Shown here in pieces: positions 34,110 through 43,277 of a DNA stretch of 64,000 bases. The notes under the pieces were generated by a model. That model saw only the letters and a program-made list of their open reading frames with translations. It searched no databases and had not been told where the DNA came from. Source of the DNA: a virus; the IMG/VR virus record IMGVR_UViG_3300005529_000006, positions 1-64,000 of that record; one strand, 5' to 3'. The translations under genes and the position numbers were made by a program. Numbering within the stretch: position 1 is the first letter of the stretch; the number at the start of each line of letters is the position of its first letter.

Positions 34110-37100
34110 TGAAGAAATACATTCTCCTGTTATTTTTGCTTGTCCCACTATTTGCTTGGGGACAAGCCAGTCGTGTGGATGGTCAGGTACTGGGGCCGAA
34201 CGGTCAGCCCGTTCATTTCCCCCTGGTCCGCGTTTGTACGGATACTTCTAACCTTGGTTCTGGGACGGTCTATTGCGGAACCACAAGCGGGGGACTAAAA
34301 ACCCTATTCACCGACATAACTGCTCAGGTGCAGTGTACCGGGTCCAACGGTTGTGCCAATCCGATCACTGGCGACTATAACGGCAACTACCATTTTTATT
34401 CCGCCCCTGGTAAAGCCATCGTTGAAGTTATTGTCAACGGTGTAGTTCAGGGGGATACCCCTGACACCATCATCCCCTGTGATCCCGATTTCAATTGCGG
34501 AACAGGCACTGGAGGTTCGTCCAGTATTCCCTTGGGTTCGCAAGGGCAATTCATTCAGTACACCGGAGTCGGAGATCTCACTAATCAAATCGGTCCCTCC
34601 AACATGCGGGATCTCACCGGCACTCTCACAATCCCAGATGTCTCGAATGTGGACTTTGGGGGACCGGGGGTAGGCAGTGCGCAGTTTAGTATGCGCGGGC
34701 TTAACTCTGGATTGGTTGTGGTTCGCGTGCAGGACGCGGCAGGTAATTACACCCTAACTTTACCAAACGGTCCTGGGCTAGCTAACCAAGTCCTAGCCAC
34801 AGATGGTGCAGGCAATCTCTCCTTTGTGACCCCTGCCGCAAGCGCTGTAGGTGCAGGCGCAGCCGGACAGGTAAGCGTCTACAACGGTCCTAATAGCGTA
34901 GGTGGTGACGCTCTCTTTACAGACTCAGGCAACACCCTCGCCTATACAGGCACCACCTTCACCCTCGGTAATGCTACCGCTGGAGTATTTAATACCTTTG
35001 ATGGTTTTAGTATAAGCACTGGGACAGGCATTAAGGATACAATCTCCAGCGGCACTAGCACCTCCGCTGGCCTTACATCCGGCAGGCACCTTATCATTCA
35101 AGCCCACGCCGGAACATCCACAGGCTTTGGAGGAGACCTATATCTCCAAGCTGTAGGTTCTACTTTCTCTGGGAACCAATCCTTCTCTCCGGGATGGGTC
35201 TATGTTCTGGGTGGAGTAAATACTGGCTCTAGCGGTGGCGGCATCGCCTTAATCCCCGGTGTGGGGAACACCACTCCTGCTTACGTCACAATAGGTTGTA
35301 ACGCCTCCAACGGCAGCCCTTGCGGCTCTCCGGGCAATCCTTCCAACCCCACAATCACTGGCAAGGTGGCGTTCGTAGGCAAGAATGGCGGCTCGGTCTT
35401 CTTGACCGTGCCGGACAACGTGGGTGGAGCTGTTACCTTAACGCTCCCTACCTCCACGGGTACGAATGGCCAAGTGATCTGCACGGACGGCACGGGAGTG
35501 CTGAGTTTCTGTAACCAAACTGGCGGAGGCGGGAGCGTATCTGGAAGCGGTACTACCAACACTCTTCCTAAGTTTACCGCTGCTACGGTCCTCGGAAACT
35601 CCGGCATCACGGATAACGGAACAACCGTCAACACAGCGGAGAACCTCTCGGTTGCATCCTCGACCGCTGCTACAGGTATTTCAAACGTCAACTCTCCGTT
35701 CTTTCAGGTCGCAGGCAACTCTTGGAACGGCGCGTCTGTCGCAGATGTCTGGAGCTTCCAGAACGTCGCTGGCGCAGGCACAAACCCCACCCAAACGCTG
35801 ACGATTACTCATAGCGGCTCAAGTGGTGCAGCCTCGATCTCGGCTGCCTTCCCCTTCACTATTGCGGGCTTAACCAGCACAGGCAACGTCAACTTAGGTG
35901 GAGCCTCTTCGGTAATCAACTCTACGCTCGGGAACGGCGCTCCCAACAACGCAACTTGCATTTCCACTGGACAGGAATACTTCCAGTTGGACGGGACCGC
36001 AGGGCAAGAGAAGTGGTATTGCAAGGGCAACGTCTGGACTCAGCAACTCAACTCAGGTGCGGCTGGAGCTAACGTCCAGTTAAGCAACCTCTCGGGTACG
36101 ACCGCGATTCCAGTCGCCCTTTTGCCAAACGCGGCTGGCACCTTGGCCTTCGGTAGCAACGCGCTCCCTTGGACCAGCGTGTTCATCGGTGGTGCAGCCA
36201 CAAACAACATCCAGCTTACGGGCACCGCAACGAGTGCTAAGGTAGCCACTCTCCCAGACAACACAGGCACGATTGCCGAATTGAATCTGGCGCAGACGTG
36301 GACTGCCAATCAAACATTTCCGGTTGTAATCTCTTCAGCCGCCAATCCAGCCAATGCCGGGTTTCTCCGCTTCTCGTCTGGAGATGCCCTCAGCTTCCGC
36401 AACAATGCGAACTCTGCCAATGTCAACGGCCTGAGCAAAGATACCTCGGATATTGTCCAAGTAGGCGATACGGCGGGTATCAAGCTAGCGGGTCCCCTCT
36501 CTAGCGTGGGCGCTGGCTCCGCACTGACGATTCGACCCACTCTGCAAACTGTCAATGGCACGGGTGGGGATTTGACTGTCGCCGCAGGTAATACCTCCGG
36601 CACAGGGGCCAACGGCAACCTTCACCTTTTGGCGGGCTCCGGCGGTTCTGGTACTCCCGGCGCAATTGACATCGGAACTTCCCCGTTCGCTGTCACTCTT
36701 CCAAACGACACTAGCAACGGAACTCTGCAATTCAATCTTGTCAGTGTTACCTCCACTGGCAACGCGATTCAAACCCCTGCTGGCTCCAATGCAGGCGTAG
36801 TTGGTATTGCGATCAGCGGCGCAGGCACTTCCGGTAGCGCAACCGTTGTCCAGCTCGGCCAGGTCAATTGCGTATTCGATCAGGCTGCCACACCTGGAAA
36901 CTATGTTGGCATCTCCGTTAGCAATAATGGGCAGTGCCATGATATCGGTGCAGTTCCAACTATCAACACTCAAGCCGTTGGAACAGTCTTGAGTTTGGTA
37001 TCGGGCACGACCTACAAGGTCCTCGTTGATCTCGGCTCGGCTCCTGGGGCGAACAGCAACAATACTGTCATCACTAACCCCGGCAGTACACAGCAAATCC

Positions 37101-39094
37101 AAGCTACCGCGCCTACCGCTGTTTCTCTTGTTGTAAAGCAACCTACCAGCGGGTCGGTTGATATTTTCCAAGTCCTGCTAGCCAACGGCACCAAAGCTTT
37201 CTACGTAGACAGCACGGGTGTTGTTCACTTCGGAACCGGGACTTCTTCGGTCACGTCTTCGGCGTTCATTAGTTCCGCTGCTAACCCTGCGGCTACGGGA
37301 GTTTTCCGTGCGGCATCTTCGGACGTTGGATTGGCTTTCCGCAACAACGCAAACACTGGCGATGTCACGATTGCCAAGAACAACTCCGATGTGTTGACCT
37401 TCAATGGCACTCCCGGCTTCGCGGTTACACAAGCCGGAGCAAGTTTCGGAGACACTGTATCCTTCACAACCCCCGCAGCAAACCGAACTATCACCTTTGC
37501 TGACCCCGGTGGGAATGACAGCGTGGCTTATCTCGCTGCGACCCAGACCTTCACGGGTAAAACTATTGGCACGGGTGGCTTGCTATTCGCTACCCAAACC
37601 GCTCCCGGCAACCCCGCTGGCGGCAACATCCTCCTGTATGCAGATAGCGGCACTGGCAACCTCGCTTGCTTAACCTCTGCTGGCGCAAACTGCTTGCCCT
37701 CTGCTGGAGGCGGCGGCACCGTAGCACTTAGCGCGATCACGGCTGCTACCAGTACACCCGCTGCTATTAACAACGCTAACTTCCCTCAGAAATGGAACTG
37801 GCAGCTTACGACCAACGGCACCAGTGGATTCACCTTTGGCGAGTTCGCAGCATCGACTGCCACTAGTTCTAACCTAGTAAACATCAAGACTCTCGCCTCT
37901 TCCACGTTAAACCCGTTGACCATTACTGCACTGGGCAACGTAAACGGACTTCAAGTAAACAACATCGGTGATCTTACCTTCTTGGGTACGGGCATGTTGG
38001 ATACTGGAACATCCTCCCAGACAGGTAGTGAGTGTGCCAATGAAGGTGTTACAGGTACAACCAACGGCCTCGTCGCCAAACTTAACACTTCCAACCAATG
38101 CATCAAGGCCACTACGTCTGATGTAGCTGGCGTGGAAGGTATCGTCGTCAAGGGCGGCGGCACAAGTGGTAACGCTGTCATCGCTACCTCCGGCGTGGTC
38201 AGTTGCACGTTTTCCAATACCGCAGTGGTAGGAGATTACGTTGGTGTCTCGACTACTACGGGTGGTGACTGCTTAGACTTAGGCTCTCAGCCTACCGCAG
38301 GCACACAGGTCTTAGGACGGGCGTTGACTGCTGGTGCAGGTAGCCAATCTGTCCTCGTCTACGGGCGCGGGATGCTTGCAATCACAGGCGTACCCAACCG
38401 CGTCACTACAGCCTTCGCTGGTGGTGTTCTTACTCTGTCTCTCCCTCAGGATATCGCCACCACATCAATCGTCCAGTTCGGCGGAGTTAAGAGCGGCACT
38501 TCTGGTATTTCCGGCTCCAGCGGCACCAACTCTTACGATGTCCGTTGCGGCATTGATGGCACTGCTTCTCAGGTCTGTGTGCTCACGGTTCGTGGCGCAG
38601 ACTTCTCCGGCACTGGCAACAACAACGGCGGTGCCTTCGTAGCGAGAGGCGGAAACACTGGCTCCAACGGTTCAGGTGTTGCCGGGAACGCTGACTTCCA
38701 AGCTGGACAAGACACAGGAAGCGGCGGAAACAACGGTCACATTCAGATCGACGGCGCTTATGTCAAAGGCGCTACCTACACTACTGGAAACACTCAATGC
38801 TTCACTGCTGACAATACCGTTCAGGATTGCGGCACTAGCGCGGTGAACTTCGTAGGTGTGGCTGTAAGCTCCAACGGCAGCTCCGCCATAGTCGCTCTCT
38901 CCGGCACTCAAGTCCTCGTCAACTATGACGCAACCGTTAGCCCCTCAGCGGGATGGTTCGCGTGCTCAAGCGCCAGCGTAGCTGGCAAAGCCACTGCCCA
39001 ATCAGGAGCTTGCTCCGCAGGCAGAACCATTGGAGTCATCGAAAAAGGTGGAACGAATGTTACGAGCGGTAACGTTACTCTGGCTCATTTCTAA
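34109..39094 (+). CDS. giant fiber-like protein (1661 aa) with N-terminal signal peptide
   Basis: MKKYILLLFLLVPLFAWG|Q; Gly/Thr/Ser/Ala-rich with internal ~300-aa repeats (SSAANPANAGFLRFSSGDALSFRNNANSANV / SSAANPAATGVFRAASSDVGLAFRNNANTGDV). Confidence 0.6.
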   Translation: MKKYILLLFLLVPLFAWGQASRVDGQVLGPNGQPVHFPLVRVCTDTSNLGSGTVYCGTTSGGLKTLFTDITAQVQCTGSNGCANPITGDYNGNYHFYSAPGKAIVEVIVNGVVQGDTPDTIIPCDPDFNCGTGTGGSSSIPLGSQGQFIQYTGVGDLTNQIGPSNMRDLTGTLTIPDVSNVDFGGPGVGSAQFSMRGLNSGLVVVRVQDAAGNYTLTLPNGPGLANQVLATDGAGNLSFVTPAASAVGAGAAGQVSVYNGPNSVGGDALFTDSGNTLAYTGTTFTLGNATAGVFNTFDGFSISTGTGIKDTISSGTSTSAGLTSGRHLIIQAHAGTSTGFGGDLYLQAVGSTFSGNQSFSPGWVYVLGGVNTGSSGGGIALIPGVGNTTPAYVTIGCNASNGSPCGSPGNPSNPTITGKVAFVGKNGGSVFLTVPDNVGGAVTLTLPTSTGTNGQVICTDGTGVLSFCNQTGGGGSVSGSGTTNTLPKFTAATVLGNSGITDNGTTVNTAENLSVASSTAATGISNVNSPFFQVAGNSWNGASVADVWSFQNVAGAGTNPTQTLTITHSGSSGAASISAAFPFTIAGLTSTGNVNLGGASSVINSTLGNGAPNNATCISTGQEYFQLDGTAGQEKWYCKGNVWTQQLNSGAAGANVQLSNLSGTTAIPVALLPNAAGTLAFGSNALPWTSVFIGGAATNNIQLTGTATSAKVATLPDNTGTIAELNLAQTWTANQTFPVVISSAANPANAGFLRFSSGDALSFRNNANSANVNGLSKDTSDIVQVGDTAGIKLAGPLSSVGAGSALTIRPTLQTVNGTGGDLTVAAGNTSGTGANGNLHLLAGSGGSGTPGAIDIGTSPFAVTLPNDTSNGTLQFNLVSVTSTGNAIQTPAGSNAGVVGIAISGAGTSGSATVVQLGQVNCVFDQAATPGNYVGISVSNNGQCHDIGAVPTINTQAVGTVLSLVSGTTYKVLVDLGSAPGANSNNTVITNPGSTQQIQATAPTAVSLVVKQPTSGSVDIFQVLLANGTKAFYVDSTGVVHFGTGTSSVTSSAFISSAANPAATGVFRAASSDVGLAFRNNANTGDVTIAKNNSDVLTFNGTPGFAVTQAGASFGDTVSFTTPAANRTITFADPGGNDSVAYLAATQTFTGKTIGTGGLLFATQTAPGNPAGGNILLYADSGTGNLACLTSAGANCLPSAGGGGTVALSAITAATSTPAAINNANFPQKWNWQLTTNGTSGFTFGEFAASTATSSNLVNIKTLASSTLNPLTITALGNVNGLQVNNIGDLTFLGTGMLDTGTSSQTGSECANEGVTGTTNGLVAKLNTSNQCIKATTSDVAGVEGIVVKGGGTSGNAVIATSGVVSCTFSNTAVVGDYVGVSTTTGGDCLDLGSQPTAGTQVLGRALTAGAGSQSVLVYGRGMLAITGVPNRVTTAFAGGVLTLSLPQDIATTSIVQFGGVKSGTSGISGSSGTNSYDVRCGIDGTASQVCVLTVRGADFSGTGNNNGGAFVARGGNTGSNGSGVAGNADFQAGQDTGSGGNNGHIQIDGAYVKGATYTTGNTQCFTADNTVQDCGTSAVNFVGVAVSSNGSSAIVALSGTQVLVNYDATVSPSAGWFACSSASVAGKATAQSGACSAGRTIGVIEKGGTNVTSGNVTLAHF

Positions 39095-42062
39095 TGCCCT
39101 AGCGTTTGGACAGGGCATTACAGCCACTGGCAACGCCACTGCATCAGGCACACAGACAGTCTTTCAAACACAGGTAGCTTCTGCACCGCCTCCTCTGGCG
39201 TTTACGACTGTCTGCCCGTTACCTACTGCCAACCAGAATCAGACCTATGCGACCAACCTGAACGCTACGGGGGGCCTTGCCCCCTATGCATTTAGCATAG
39301 CGTCAGGAACACTCCCAACAGGTTTGAGCTTGGCTGCAAGCGGAGCTATCAGCGGTACGCCTAGCGGGACGGGGACATCGGTGGTGAACTATCTCGTCAC
39401 TGATTCCAGCACTCCAGTTCCCCAAACGGCGCAACTTAATAGCTGCTCGATCACTGTCAGCCCTGCTCCTCCCCCTCCCCTTAGTGTCAATACCTCCCCT
39501 CCTCCCCCTGCGGGTTTTACAGGGGTAGCGTATAGCTACACCTTCAGCGCGACAGGTGGAACTCCGCCCTATACCAACTGGGCCATTATCAGCGGCAATC
39601 TGCCGAATGGTCTTAGCCTGAATCCAAGTACCGGAGCTGTATCCGGTACGCCAACTACCGCCCAGACTTCCTCGTTCACTGCACAAGTGATGGATTCAAT
39701 TGGAGCCACGGCCAATGCTCCCTTCAGCATCACCATCAACCAAGTGACTCCATCTGGAGGGACAGCCGACGAGCCACACCTTTGGGCCGACCCTCATGAA
39801 GTGGATTCGTCTATCGCAAGCCCCGCTGTCACGCGCTATTGGGGTGCTACTTCCACTGGCTGCCCAACCAACACAGGCAGTGTATGTAACTACGTTGGTG
39901 GCAACTTCACTACGTGGCAGAACATAGAAAATGATTATTGCGCAGACCTAGACAGGGACTGGAAGGTTGTAGTTACCCACCAGCTTCTAGTCTCAGGTCA
40001 TGGCCCTGTTAATCTATGTGCCAAGACAGGAGCCACGCACTTCATCTCCTACATCTCGGATAGCCCCAACCCCTCCAAGGTAACCGTTTGCTCGGGAGGG
40101 ATTAACGACTCTAACCAAGTTGGTCTAGACCCCGGCTCGCGTAACTACCAATGCGCCAACGGCACATGGCTCTCCCATATGTGGACTGCTGAATGCACAG
40201 GCTACTCTGGCAGCAAAGGTTGTGTCATCAGCGCCAATGCAGTAGACGGCAACGGCAAAGGCCCACATCATCATGCGTTCTTTGATGCGGAAATCCGGCC
40301 TAACACATCCATCGGCACGGCAATCCAAGTCTTCATGATCGACCAAGGGGCGGCCTTAAACTCTGCTGCCTCAAATGGCGAAGCCGAGCATATGTGGTAT
40401 TTCCGTAACTACTGGCACGGCACCATTCCCGACAATCCTGTATTTCCAAATCCCGGAACCTACATCAACATCTCAAACTTCATTCGTATGGAATGTAAGT
40501 TCTGCGGAATCATGGATAGTTACATGGACCAAATAGGGTGCTCTCAAGGCTGTGAGAGCCACATCATACTATCCGTAAGCGCCCACGGACCCGAGCGCAT
40601 CGAGCACAACTGGGTCGAAGGTTCCAGTGTCCCTCTCTTCCAAGGAGGCGGGTTGCCCGCCATCGCGGGGACGGTAACCAGTGACGTTGAAATTCGACGT
40701 AACAGATTCACGCGCTCCACTACGTGGATTTCAGCCACGCCTTGTTCTACTGGAAACTTCTTGGACGTAAAAGGAATCGTGGAGCTTAAAGAAGGGCAGC
40801 GAATCCTTCTTGATGGCAACATCTTCGAGAACAACTGCGGTGGTGGTCAGGAAGGTCAGACCATGACCCTCACGCCGCGTGTCGGTTCTGGTCCGTCAAA
40901 CTTCGATGGCTACACTGAGCGGCTGGACGACATTCTTGTAAGCAACAGCATCATGCGCCACTCGGCGACATTCGTTCAGACGGATTCTACATCTGGCGGA
41001 GTTGGAAATGGCAACGGCGTCGGTAACCCTGGTCGTAGGTGGACGTTCATTGACATCCTAGGCTATGACTTGGGAACGGTTTATGGAACGACCACAGCTT
41101 ACTTCTTCAAGAACGTCCAGAGCCGCCACAGTTGGACGGGCTGCATAGCTACCCGTAACGCGGCTGGCACGTCGTCAACCATAGACTGCACAGCCAGTCC
41201 CAGTACTGCCACGGGGCAACTTCAAACTGACATCCTTCCGGGTGATGCGGTATGGGTCAATACTTGCGCTAGCGGCGGGCCAAATCCAGACCCAAGCCCT
41301 ACCAGCTTTCAGGTAGGCAATGGTTCTTTGGGTCCGGCCGCAACCAGCGTCACCAACTTAACTGTGACCTATCCCAACCCCGGAGCCGCGAGCAAGACGG
41401 CTTCGTGTACCTTGGTGGACCCGCAAGGATTCGTGGATGGTCTTAGCGCACGCCACATCACACTCGTCGCTGTCCCCCAGTCCATTAAAGGCGCAGGAAA
41501 CTGGACAGCGCCAAGCTACGCGTCGACGGGCAACATATCCTTCAACAAAAACACCACATACCAAGACGACATCTTCGCCGTCAATGGCAGCTACGGTGGA
41601 TGGGGAGATAGTCTCTCAGCTCCTGGACATGAAGGCACAATCACCGAGAACTACCAAGACACTGCCACTTTAGTTGGCAATCACTTGCTGTTCTCCATGT
41701 CTCGCCCGCTGAGTCAGTACACAGAGTACGGCGGTCCCAACTCTGGGGCAAAGCCTCCTGTAACTATCTGGTCCCCTGCTAACATTAGCTGCGCAGGTGC
41801 CTCGGCTGACTCCACCTGCTTCGGCTTCACCAACATGCGGAGCGGGGCAGCCTTCAACGTGGCGGACTCCGACTACCACGGGTACGCCCTCCACAGCTCC
41901 AGCCTATATAAAGCTGGCGGTTCTCGCCAGGCTTCTGACGGCACTGACATGGGCGCTCGCATTCCTAACATCGACAACGCCCTGACTCGTCCCCAATACG
42001 TCTGTACCAACTCCTCGAAATGCACCCAGAACGGTACAGTCCATGGACCTTACGTTTACTAA
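39030..42062 (+). CDS. tailspike-like protein: Ig-like (He_PIG-type) repeats plus a predicted beta-helix
   Basis: LPTGLSLAASGAISGTPSG and LPNGLSLNPSTGAVSGTPTT repeats. The N-terminus (MLRAVTLLWLISNALAFG|QG) is encoded in the frame overlapping the end of the previous gene, so the start is uncertain. Confidence 0.5.
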   Translation: MESSKKVERMLRAVTLLWLISNALAFGQGITATGNATASGTQTVFQTQVASAPPPLAFTTVCPLPTANQNQTYATNLNATGGLAPYAFSIASGTLPTGLSLAASGAISGTPSGTGTSVVNYLVTDSSTPVPQTAQLNSCSITVSPAPPPPLSVNTSPPPPAGFTGVAYSYTFSATGGTPPYTNWAIISGNLPNGLSLNPSTGAVSGTPTTAQTSSFTAQVMDSIGATANAPFSITINQVTPSGGTADEPHLWADPHEVDSSIASPAVTRYWGATSTGCPTNTGSVCNYVGGNFTTWQNIENDYCADLDRDWKVVVTHQLLVSGHGPVNLCAKTGATHFISYISDSPNPSKVTVCSGGINDSNQVGLDPGSRNYQCANGTWLSHMWTAECTGYSGSKGCVISANAVDGNGKGPHHHAFFDAEIRPNTSIGTAIQVFMIDQGAALNSAASNGEAEHMWYFRNYWHGTIPDNPVFPNPGTYINISNFIRMECKFCGIMDSYMDQIGCSQGCESHIILSVSAHGPERIEHNWVEGSSVPLFQGGGLPAIAGTVTSDVEIRRNRFTRSTTWISATPCSTGNFLDVKGIVELKEGQRILLDGNIFENNCGGGQEGQTMTLTPRVGSGPSNFDGYTERLDDILVSNSIMRHSATFVQTDSTSGGVGNGNGVGNPGRRWTFIDILGYDLGTVYGTTTAYFFKNVQSRHSWTGCIATRNAAGTSSTIDCTASPSTATGQLQTDILPGDAVWVNTCASGGPNPDPSPTSFQVGNGSLGPAATSVTNLTVTYPNPGAASKTASCTLVDPQGFVDGLSARHITLVAVPQSIKGAGNWTAPSYASTGNISFNKNTTYQDDIFAVNGSYGGWGDSLSAPGHEGTITENYQDTATLVGNHLLFSMSRPLSQYTEYGGPNSGAKPPVTIWSPANISCAGASADSTCFGFTNMRSGAAFNVADSDYHGYALHSSSLYKAGGSRQASDGTDMGARIPNIDNALTRPQYVCTNSSKCTQNGTVHGPYVY

Positions 42063-43259
42063 ATGCCTGTAATTCAAGGAAACAGCAGTCCTCTCTATAC
42101 CACGTCCACGACTGTTCAGAACATTCTGGACGCGGTGTCGCAAGACATTCGTTCGCAGTTGTCCTCGCAGGTTAATACCGGTGGGCAGCCGATTCTGCTT
42201 GACTATCTGAATCGTACCCAACTGGAGATGCTGCGGGCGAGCAGGTGGCAGTTCTTGCTCTCTGCTCCACAACGTTTCATTACACAATTGGGAGTAACCG
42301 ATTATTGGCTTGGTACTCCTGGGCAAGCTCCCCCTGGAGCCTATGACACTCTCCTTAACCTGGCGGATCTTCGTACCATAAAGCCCGGAACGGTTTACGA
42401 CCGAACGAACAATGTGCCTCTGGGCCGAGTCGATGAGGCTCCCCTAGTAGCAAAGCTGGAGTATCCCGATGCCAGCTTTCGGATGTTCCGCCCTTCCGAT
42501 TGGCGACAGAGCCCTACAAGTCCACAGGTCCTGAACATCTACCCGGCCCCGGATAACCAGGCAATCTATAAGCCCCAACCCATGCCTGCAATCTGTGGAA
42601 CCATGGCAGGAGGCGCACTAGGCTCCAGGATCTACTACGTCACTCTGACCTACGTGGACTCGTTAAACAACGAATCTAGCTCTCCACAAGTGAGCAAGAT
42701 CTTTGTCCCTGCGGGCAGCGTATTGGTGGTCAATCCTCCAAATCCCCCGATTATTCAGGGCACCACTGGAATCCGCTACGACCGTTACAACGTGTACGTA
42801 AGCACCAACAACACTCAGTTCCAGCAGCACAAGCAGAACAACTCTCCGATCTCATACCTCCAGGCGTGGGTTGAACCCACCAGTGGTATCACCACGAACG
42901 GAGCACTGGTTCCTTCGACCAACAATGTCGAGCCCATTGACGGGTACATCATCGAGTTTCGCTACTTCAAGCAACGCGTTCAACTCAACAGTAATACTGA
43001 TCCCTCTACCGTCATCCAGATTCCGGATGACTACAAAGATGTGGTGGTATCTGGAGTCAACGCCAGGGCCTATCAGTACCTTCGTCAAGGACAAGAAGCC
43101 ATGCGCGAGTTCCAACTTTTTCGAGATGGCCTAACCCAAATGGTCCGAGACATGAACCTGCACCCGCGTGGACAGGAATACCTTAAGCCCGACGGGTCCT
43201 CGATTGGTGGCACTCTCCCCGCAGTCGAAACTATCGACCTCTCTGTACTGAGTAACTAA
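42063..43259 (+). CDS. putative tail/adaptor protein (398 aa)
   Basis: ORF in the tail block. Confidence 0.5.
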   Translation: MPVIQGNSSPLYTTSTTVQNILDAVSQDIRSQLSSQVNTGGQPILLDYLNRTQLEMLRASRWQFLLSAPQRFITQLGVTDYWLGTPGQAPPGAYDTLLNLADLRTIKPGTVYDRTNNVPLGRVDEAPLVAKLEYPDASFRMFRPSDWRQSPTSPQVLNIYPAPDNQAIYKPQPMPAICGTMAGGALGSRIYYVTLTYVDSLNNESSSPQVSKIFVPAGSVLVVNPPNPPIIQGTTGIRYDRYNVYVSTNNTQFQQHKQNNSPISYLQAWVEPTSGITTNGALVPSTNNVEPIDGYIIEFRYFKQRVQLNSNTDPSTVIQIPDDYKDVVVSGVNARAYQYLRQGQEAMREFQLFRDGLTQMVRDMNLHPRGQEYLKPDGSSIGGTLPAVETIDLSVLSN

Positions 43260-43277
43260 ACCCCTTTTTAGGTAGGA
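43259..43277 (+). repeat. 19-bp motif copy F (aAACCCCTTTTTAGGTAGG; ATG 1 nt after)
   Basis: Fills the whole intergenic spacer between 43259 and 43278. Confidence 0.75.
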
